This document shows positions 7,826 to 14,244 of a stretch of DNA of 14,244 bases, piece by piece (positions within the stretch are counted from its first letter, which is position 1; each line of letters starts with the position of its first letter). This stretch comes from Candidatus Sumerlaeia bacterium (lineage in GTDB: Bacteria; Sumerlaeota; Sumerlaeia; SLMS01). The position numbers and the translations under genes are program-made. The DNA is taken from assembly GCA_038208905.1 (NCBI GenBank), contig JBBQYG010000098.1:1-14244 (forward strand). The letters are read 5' to 3'. The notes beneath the pieces are model-generated. The model was not told the DNA's origin, ran no database searches, and was given only the letters and a program-made list of their open reading frames with translations.

Positions 7826-8990
7826 ACACCGCGTTTGCCGCATCCAGCGCCTTGCCGCGCGGGATTGATAGGCCTTCCGTGGCGAGGATCGACTCCAGCG
7901 CCGACAGGCACAGCGTCACGTGGCGTCGGCTGCTGGAATCCCCCATCAGCCCAATGCGCCATGCCTTGCCCTTCATCGGCCCAAGGCCGCCGCCGATTTC
8001 CAGGCCGTACTCGTTCAGCAGCCGCCCGCGCACCTTCGCGTCGTCGGCACCCTCGGGGATAGAGATGCAGTTCAGCGTCGTCAGGGAGTGCTCCGGTATA
8101 TACGAGATACCCATCGCCTCAAGACCCGCGCGCAGCGCCCGGTGGTTCAGCGCGTGACGCGCGAATCGCGTCTCAAGCCCTTCCTCCAGCGCGGCGGCCA
8201 GCGCCTCCCGCAGCGCATACGTCATATTAATCGGCGCCGTGTGGTGATAGGAGCGCGATGCGCCCCAGTAGTCCCGCACCATCGTCAGATCCAAGTACCA
8301 GCTCTGGACTTTCACCTTCCGATTGTCGATCGCCGCCTCGGCCCGCGGCGAAATCGTCACGGGCGACAGGCCGGGCGGACACGAAAGGCACTTCTGCGTT
8401 CCACTATACGCCGCATCAACTTCCCAGTCATCGACGCGCACGTCGATGCCGCTCAGCGATGTCACGGTGTCCAGAATCAGCAACGCCCCTGCGTCGTGGA
8501 CCAGCTTCGAAATCGCATCCACGGGCTGATGCGCTCCGGTGGAAGTCTCCGCGTGGACCAGGCCAACAGCCTTCGTCTTCGGGTGCGCCTTGAGCGCCTC
8601 CGCGATCTGGTCGGGCTGAATGATCTTTCCCCAATCCGCCTTCACCTCGTGGACCACCGCGCCATAACGCCCGGCCACGTCCACCATGCGCATGCCAAAG
8701 ACGCCGTTCACGCAGACAATCATCTCGTCGCCCGGCTCGATCAGGTTGGCGATACAGCATTCCATGCCCGCCATGCCCGTGCCCGGCACGGCCAGGGTCA
8801 GCGTGTTCTTCGTCCGATATATCTCGCGCGTCAGCTGGCGGACCTCGTCCATCATCTTGAGGTAGAGCGGATCAAGGTGACCGATCGTGGGGCAGGAGAG
8901 CGCGCGCAGCACGCGGTCGGAGACGTCGCTGGGCCCGGGCCCCATCAGAACGCGGCGGGGTGGGTTCAGCGGTGGGACGGATAGGCTCAT
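7812..8990 (-). CDS. Class V PLP aminotransferase, alanine/serine-glyoxylate aminotransferase family
   Basis: ATG 8990 preceded by [42 protein letters not shown] (PLP lysine), YHHTAP, WRIGLMG. Confidence 0.88.
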   Translation of the reverse strand: MSLSVPPLNPPRRVLMGPGPSDVSDRVLRALSCPTIGHLDPLYLKMMDEVRQLTREIYRTKNTLTLAVPGTGMAGMECCIANLIEPGDEMIVCVNGVFGMRMVDVAGRYGAVVHEVKADWGKIIQPDQIAEALKAHPKTKAVGLVHAETSTGAHQPVDAISKLVHDAGALLILDTVTSLSGIDVRVDDWEVDAAYSGTQKCLSCPPGLSPVTISPRAEAAIDNRKVKVQSWYLDLTMVRDYWGASRSYHHTAPINMTYALREALAAALEEGLETRFARHALNHRALRAGLEAMGISYIPEHSLTTLNCISIPEGADDAKVRGRLLNEYGLEIGGGLGPMKGKAWRIGLMGDSSSRRHVTLCLSALESILATEGLSIPRGKALDAANAVYGAA

Positions 8991-9213
8991 CGGTGGCTCC
9001 GGTATCGGACTTGCAGGATTCAGTTGCATCAAACACCAAGGCATTGCGCCCCGAGCCCTCCGCCGCAAGGCGAAAAGGGAATCATCCGATGGTGGACGCT
9101 CCATCACGGGCGCTTTCGGTTGACCCCGGGCACAATGCCACGAGTTCTCTTCTTGCCGTGGCTCTTAAATCAGCCTTACAGGCAACCGATTAATTGACCA
9201 GGAGCTGCCCCCG

Positions 9214-11097
9214 ATGACCACGACTCTCAATCCGAAATGGGCCGCTTTCAACCCGCCCGCCGACCTCGCCGCCATCCTGACCGCCGCCCCCAGCGTCCGC
9301 GTGGCGAGCACGGTCGAGGATTTGATCGATCTCGCATGTGGCGGTCCCGGCAGTTCGGAACTTCGCGTGGCCTATGACCTTCCGGATGGGACCTCCGTGC
9401 TGGAGGCCATTGCTGTCCGCGTTCGAAACGGTGTGGCGGCAAACTATATCGATCCCTATATGCGCCGTCGCGATCCCGATTGCATGGTGATCGGTGATGA
9501 GTCCCCGACGGACAAGAAGCGCTTCCGAGATAGGTTCGGATACGAGTTCGATATCCTCCGGGCAGAGACAATGAAGTGGCTTTCCACGCAGCCCCTCGCC
9601 ATTTTCGCATTTAAAGCGGGCCGAGGGTACGGCTACTCCTCGATCGCTGTCCTGCCAGACAATGCCGGGTTCTTTGCGCTGGGGTTGGCGCTGCTTCAGG
9701 GGATTGTTCCCGTGGACAGCCTCGCGCCCGATTTCAAGCCTCAGGCCGTCATGTACACCGCGCCTCCCTTTCGCCACACGCACTTCAAGGGGAAGCAGGT
9801 GGTGGTCCATCACCGCGGCGCCGACCTGCACGAAATGTTTGCCTACAACCTCTATCCCGGCCCCAGCGCCAAGAAGGGCGTTTATGGGATGCTACTCGCC
9901 CAGGGCGAGCGCGAATCGTGGATTACAGCCCACTGTTCCACGGTCAAGATCGTGACTCCCTATGACAACGAACTTGTCCTGATGCACGAAGGCGCCTCGG
10001 GTGGCGGTAAGTCCGAGATGCTACAGCACCCCCATCGCCTCAGCGATGGACGACTCTTGCTGGGCAGGAATGTGCTTACCGGCGAACGGCGCTACGTTGA
10101 ACTGCCACGCACCTGCGATCTATTCCCCGTAACCGACGACATGGCGCTCTGCCACCCATCGTTCCAGAATGATGGTGGCCGCCTGTCGCTTGCCGACGCA
10201 GAGGACGGCTGGTTCGTTCGTGTGGACCATATTCGCGAGTACGGCACCGATCCCCATTTGGAAAAGATTACTGCCAAGCCCACCACGCCGCTCCTTTTCC
10301 TCAATATCGACGCGGTTCCCAACGGACGCGCGATGATTTGGGAGCACATCGAGGATTCCCCCGGCAAGCCCTGTCCCAATCCGCGCGTAATCATCCCGCG
10401 CACCGCCGTCCCTAGCGTGGTCGACGGTTCGGTGGAGGTACAGGTCAGAAGCCTTGGAGTGCGCACGCCGCCGTGTACCAATGAATTGCCTTCGTATGGC
10501 ATCATCGGGATCATGCATCTGCTTCCCCCGGCTCTTGCCTGGCTGTGGCGACTCGTCGCGCCCCGGGGCCACGCAAACCCAAGCATCGTCAGCACCGAAG
10601 GCATGAGCAGCGAGGGCGTTGGTTCATACTGGCCCTTTGCGACAGGCCGCCGCGTCGATCAGGCGAATCTTCTGCTGGAGCAGTTCGTCGCCACCCCGCG
10701 CGTTCGCTATATCCTCACCCCAAATCAGCACATTGGCGCATGGGAGACGGGATTCATGCCTCAATGGCTGGCCCGCGAGTACATCGCGCGGCGCGGCGGC
10801 GTAAAATTCAAGGACGAAGTCCTTCGCCCGTCTCGCTGCCCCCTGCTTGGGAGCGCCCTGCACACGATGACGATCGAGGGGCGCCTGATTCCGCGCTGGT
10901 TCCTTCAGGTGGAGACGCAGCCGGAAGTCGGCGAAGAAGCCTATGACAAGGGTGCCCTCCAGCTTCAGGAATTCTTTGATAAGTGCCTCGCCAAGTTCGA
11001 CCATCCAGAGATGCTCCCACTTGGGCGACGCATCATCCAGTGCTGCCTCGACAGAGGCGGTGAAGCGGATTACGCCTCCTTGATCAAACAGGAGTAG
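9214..11097 (+). CDS. Uncharacterised PEP-carboxykinase-fold P-loop protein (DUF4914-like)
   Basis: 627 aa; RBS AGGAG at 9200-9204; ordered motifs YPGPSAKKG, HCS, GASGGGKSE, TDD, NPR. DUF4914 assignment is from recall of family size and motifs. Confidence 0.75.
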   Translation: MTTTLNPKWAAFNPPADLAAILTAAPSVRVASTVEDLIDLACGGPGSSELRVAYDLPDGTSVLEAIAVRVRNGVAANYIDPYMRRRDPDCMVIGDESPTDKKRFRDRFGYEFDILRAETMKWLSTQPLAIFAFKAGRGYGYSSIAVLPDNAGFFALGLALLQGIVPVDSLAPDFKPQAVMYTAPPFRHTHFKGKQVVVHHRGADLHEMFAYNLYPGPSAKKGVYGMLLAQGERESWITAHCSTVKIVTPYDNELVLMHEGASGGGKSEMLQHPHRLSDGRLLLGRNVLTGERRYVELPRTCDLFPVTDDMALCHPSFQNDGGRLSLADAEDGWFVRVDHIREYGTDPHLEKITAKPTTPLLFLNIDAVPNGRAMIWEHIEDSPGKPCPNPRVIIPRTAVPSVVDGSVEVQVRSLGVRTPPCTNELPSYGIIGIMHLLPPALAWLWRLVAPRGHANPSIVSTEGMSSEGVGSYWPFATGRRVDQANLLLEQFVATPRVRYILTPNQHIGAWETGFMPQWLAREYIARRGGVKFKDEVLRPSRCPLLGSALHTMTIEGRLIPRWFLQVETQPEVGEEAYDKGALQLQEFFDKCLAKFDHPEMLPLGRRIIQCCLDRGGEADYASLIKQE

Positions 11098-11208
11098 GCT
11101 GACGGTCCGGGCGCCAGAAATCCGATTGGACCGCGATTCTTCGTTGACGGTGAATCGGGTTCCCCGCGTGATGTTCCGTTCAGGACATTCCCGCGAGGCT
11201 CGCCCCGG

Positions 11209-13332
11209 ATGACTTCAGCCGCACCTCCCTATCGCTATGTCGGCCACTCCGTTCTTCGGCGGGAGGGGGCCGACAAGGTGACTGGCCGCGCCATATATAT
11301 CGATGATCGCGCGACGCCGGGATGTCTCCACGCAAAGACGCTCCGCAGCACCATCCCCGCCGGGCGCATCCGCGCTATCCACTTTCCGCCTCACATTCCG
11401 TGGCACGAGTTCACCATCGCCGACGCCCGCGACCTGGCCGAGAACGTGGTCGCGCTGATTCTTGACGATCAGCCCGTGTTCTGTGACGGCATCGTGCGAC
11501 ACCTCCATGAGCCAATCCTCGTCCTCGCCCATCCCGACCACGGGAAGGCCGAGGAGGCAGTCCGCGCGATTCGCGTGGATTACGACGAGGAGCCCGGCGT
11601 TTTCGACATCGGCCCCGGTCCCGTGATGAAGTCCTATCGCATCGACCACGGCGAAATTGACGCCGCATTCGCAGAAAGCGACGTCGTGCTGGAGGGCACC
11701 TACCAGACCGGCGCCCAAGAACACGTTTATATCGAGCCCAACGGGTTCATCGCCGAGTGGAAGAACGGGGTCGCCACGCTGCGCGGCTCGCTCCAGTGTC
11801 CCTACTACGTACACAAAGCTGTGATGCGCGCGCTTGGCCTTCCCGCCGAAAAGGTGAACGTCATCCAGGAAACGACCGGCGGGGGCTTTGGCGGCAAGGA
11901 GGACTTCCCCAGCGTCCTTGGCATTCACGCGGCGCTGCTGGCGCGGAAGTCGGGAAAGACCATCCGGCTGATGTATAACCGCAACGAGGACATGGCGAGT
12001 TCCACCAAGCGGCATCCCTCGCGCAGCCTCATCCGCACCGGCTGCAGCCGCGACGGGAAGCTGCTGGCTCTCGACTTCGAGTTCCTGATCGACGGCGGCG
12101 CCTACTCCACGCTCTCCGCCGTGGTGCTCTCGCGCGGGATTCTTCACGGCTCCGGTCCTTACAGGTGGAAGGCCGCGCGCCTCGTGGGGCACTGCCACTT
12201 CACCAACTCGCCGCCCTATGGCGCGTTCCGCGGATTTGGCGCACCCCAGAGCCAGTTCGCCATCGAGCTCCACCTCTCTCGCCTTGCCGACCAACTCGGC
12301 ATCGACCCGGCTGAACTGCGGCGGCGCAACTTCCTGCACCGGGGCGACGTGCTCCCCACGGGCCAGATCCTCGCAGAGGATCCGAATCTGGAGGCCATGC
12401 TGGATCGCGCGCTCGACATCTCCGACTACCATGAGAAGCGGAAGAAGCCGCGTGGCGGAGGCTCAGGCGTTGGCGTGTCCGCCACGCTTCACGGCACCGG
12501 ATTCACGGGGAATGGCGAGGTGTATCTCGCCTCCAAGGTCGCCGTCGAGGCCCGCGCCGATGGCAAGGCGACGATCCTTGTCGCCTCCACGGAGATCGGC
12601 CAGGGGACAGAGACGATCTTCTCCCAAATGGTGGCCGAAGCGCTCGGCATCCCCATCGGGGACGTCGTCTTTCACAGGCCCGAAACGGATCGCGTCCCCA
12701 ACAGCGGGCCCACAGTCGCATCGCGCACGTGCTCCGTGGTGGGGCGGCTGGTGCAGCGCGCGGCGGAGCAGCTCCGCGACCGGCTCTCTGGGGCGTCCAT
12801 CGCGGACCACGTGCGCAGGCACGGCGTCGCCCGCGAGGAGGCTGTCTATACACCGCCACCGGGGCTCGTGTGGAACGAGGACAGCTATCGCGGCAGTGCC
12901 TATGGTGCCTATTCTTGGGCGATCATGGTGGCCGAAACCACTGTCGATCCCGTGACGCGGGCGCCCAAGGTCGAGGCCATCTGGAACACAACCGACGTCG
13001 GCACGATCATAAATCCCGTACTCGCCATCGGCCAGATGGAGGGCGGCATCGCCCAGGCCGTGGGATGGGCCACGTGCGAGCAAGTCGTTCTTCGCAAGGG
13101 CGCCATGGCCAACGGGCAGATGACCAACTACATTATTCCGACTTCCGCCGATGCGCCAAGCATCGTTGTGGAGTTCATAGAGAATCCCTACGCCGAGGGC
13201 GCCTACGGCTCCAAGGGCGTCGGCGAGCTCCCCATGGACGGACCCGCCTCCGCCATTGTGGCGGCGATCAACCACGCCGCCGACGCAGGCCTCGCCCACA
13301 TCCCCGCCACGCCGGAGGACCTTCTTTCGTGA
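11209..13332 (+). CDS. Xanthine dehydrogenase family, molybdopterin-binding subunit
   Basis: KVTGRAIY, QEHVYIEP, GGGFGGKE, AFRGFGAPQ, EIGQG, SGPTVASR, GQMEGG, SKGVGE (catalytic Glu). Confidence 0.93.
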   Translation: MTSAAPPYRYVGHSVLRREGADKVTGRAIYIDDRATPGCLHAKTLRSTIPAGRIRAIHFPPHIPWHEFTIADARDLAENVVALILDDQPVFCDGIVRHLHEPILVLAHPDHGKAEEAVRAIRVDYDEEPGVFDIGPGPVMKSYRIDHGEIDAAFAESDVVLEGTYQTGAQEHVYIEPNGFIAEWKNGVATLRGSLQCPYYVHKAVMRALGLPAEKVNVIQETTGGGFGGKEDFPSVLGIHAALLARKSGKTIRLMYNRNEDMASSTKRHPSRSLIRTGCSRDGKLLALDFEFLIDGGAYSTLSAVVLSRGILHGSGPYRWKAARLVGHCHFTNSPPYGAFRGFGAPQSQFAIELHLSRLADQLGIDPAELRRRNFLHRGDVLPTGQILAEDPNLEAMLDRALDISDYHEKRKKPRGGGSGVGVSATLHGTGFTGNGEVYLASKVAVEARADGKATILVASTEIGQGTETIFSQMVAEALGIPIGDVVFHRPETDRVPNSGPTVASRTCSVVGRLVQRAAEQLRDRLSGASIADHVRRHGVAREEAVYTPPPGLVWNEDSYRGSAYGAYSWAIMVAETTVDPVTRAPKVEAIWNTTDVGTIINPVLAIGQMEGGIAQAVGWATCEQVVLRKGAMANGQMTNYIIPTSADAPSIVVEFIENPYAEGAYGSKGVGELPMDGPASAIVAAINHAADAGLAHIPATPEDLLS

Positions 13333-13802
13333 TTCACACGCCGATTCAGTTTTCGCTCAACGGAGAGAAGCGCTCCGTTGCCGCACACCCGATGGAGCCG
13401 CTTCTCGATGTGCTCCGCCGCGAGTGCGGCGCCACCGGAACCAAGTACGGTTGCGGAGAAGGCGAGTGCGGCGCGTGCAGCGTGATCATCAACGGCGAGC
13501 TTGCCATGAGCTGCATGATCCCCGCGTGCCAGGCCGCCGACGCCACCATCGAGACCATCGAGGGCCTTGCGCGCGACGGCGAACTTCACCCCGTGCAGCA
13601 GGCGTTTCTGGAAACCGGCGGCGCCCAATGCGGCATCTGCACCCCCGGCATGGTGCTCGCCGCGGTTCAGTACATACGCCACCCGGAACGCTCGCCCGGC
13701 GGCGCGGCCGAGGCACTGGAGGGGAACCTCTGCCGCTGCACTGGATATTCCGCGATCTTCCGCGCCGTGGAACTGGCGCGCTCCCGCATGGAGTCCGCAT
13801 GA
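13329..13802 (+). CDS. Xanthine dehydrogenase family, 2Fe-2S subunit
   Basis: GTG start overlapping the upstream TGA; 157 aa; GTKYGCGEGECGACSV, SC, QCGICTPG, GNLCRCTGY. Confidence 0.93.
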   Translation: MIHTPIQFSLNGEKRSVAAHPMEPLLDVLRRECGATGTKYGCGEGECGACSVIINGELAMSCMIPACQAADATIETIEGLARDGELHPVQQAFLETGGAQCGICTPGMVLAAVQYIRHPERSPGGAAEALEGNLCRCTGYSAIFRAVELARSRMESA

Positions 13803-14244
13803 TCGCCAGCGACCTTTCCGCTTTCGAGTGCGTCGTTCCCGCCACCGTGGAGGAGGCGCTGCGCCAGCGCGCGGAAACTCCCGGCCTTTCGCCCATCGCC
13901 GGCGGCACCGAGGTGATGGTCCTCCTCAACGAGGCCAAGCTCCAGGGCCGCAAGTTCCAGAGCCTCCACCGCCTCGCCGCCGAGTGGCGCTACGTCCGCC
14001 CCGCGCTGGATGGTGGACTCCTCGTCGGCGCTCTCGCGACCTACACCGACCTTCGCCACGTCGATCACGTGTCGAAGCACCATCCGCTCCTCGTCGAGGC
14101 CGCCCGCGCCACGGGCGCTCTCCAGATCCAGAACCGCGCGACGATAGCGGGAAACATCGTCAACGGATCCCCCGCGGCGGACACGGTCCCGGCGCTCATG
14201 GTGTACGACGCCCGCCTCCGCCTCGTCCGCAGCGGGGGAGAACG
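13799..14244 (+). CDS. Xanthine dehydrogenase family, FAD-binding subunit (partial, truncated by window end)
   Basis: Hand-translated from the ATGA overlap at 13799: MIASDLSAFECVVPATVEEAL...IAGGTEVMV...VGALATY...IQNRATIAGNIVNGSPAAD; open to the end of the window. Confidence 0.92.
   Translation, partial: MIASDLSAFECVVPATVEEALRQRAETPGLSPIAGGTEVMVLLNEAKLQGRKFQSLHRLAAEWRYVRPALDGGLLVGALATYTDLRHVDHVSKHHPLLVEAARATGALQIQNRATIAGNIVNGSPAADTVPALMVYDARLRLVRSGGE

Noticed and set aside
8991-9107. N-terminal extension of the aminotransferase in the ORF track (start 9107)
   Set aside because: Family similarity begins near [11 protein letters not shown], and ATG 8990 has a GGAG RBS.
12729-13802. Apparent 357-aa 2Fe-2S protein with a long N-terminal extension
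   Set aside because: The first 200 aa are an alternate frame inside the Mo-subunit gene; the real start is GTG 13329 overlapping the upstream stop.

Overview
GC-rich bacterial chromosomal window, mostly housekeeping and metabolic genes, with no integrase, transposase, CRISPR or RNA gene visible. From left to right: (i) a minus-strand cell-shape cluster, mreC - mreD-like - rodA, with no adjacent mreB or mrdA, followed by a secreted trypsin-like protease gene (1..555, absent from the ORF track). That protease frame is spliced in-frame, just before its catalytic His motif, onto an exact copy of the rodA 3' end (1..57 = 684..740). (ii) A hicB-hicA toxin-antitoxin pair. (iii) A Trm112-like gene coupled to an atypical ribosomal protein L31 gene. 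(iv) A purine/ureide catabolism locus: a minus-strand operon (alanine-glyoxylate-type aminotransferase, allantoate amidohydrolase, ureidoglycine aminohydrolase, plant-type ureidoglycolate amidohydrolase) and, divergently, a 627-aa uncharacterised PEPCK-fold P-loop protein (DUF4914-like) followed by xanthine dehydrogenase Mo, 2Fe-2S and FAD subunit genes, the last cut by the window end. The best novelty candidates are the PEPCK-fold enzyme inside the purine locus and the plant-like, urea-free ureide pathway with a glyoxylate-recycling transaminase. All family calls rest on motif recognition by eye; no searches were run.
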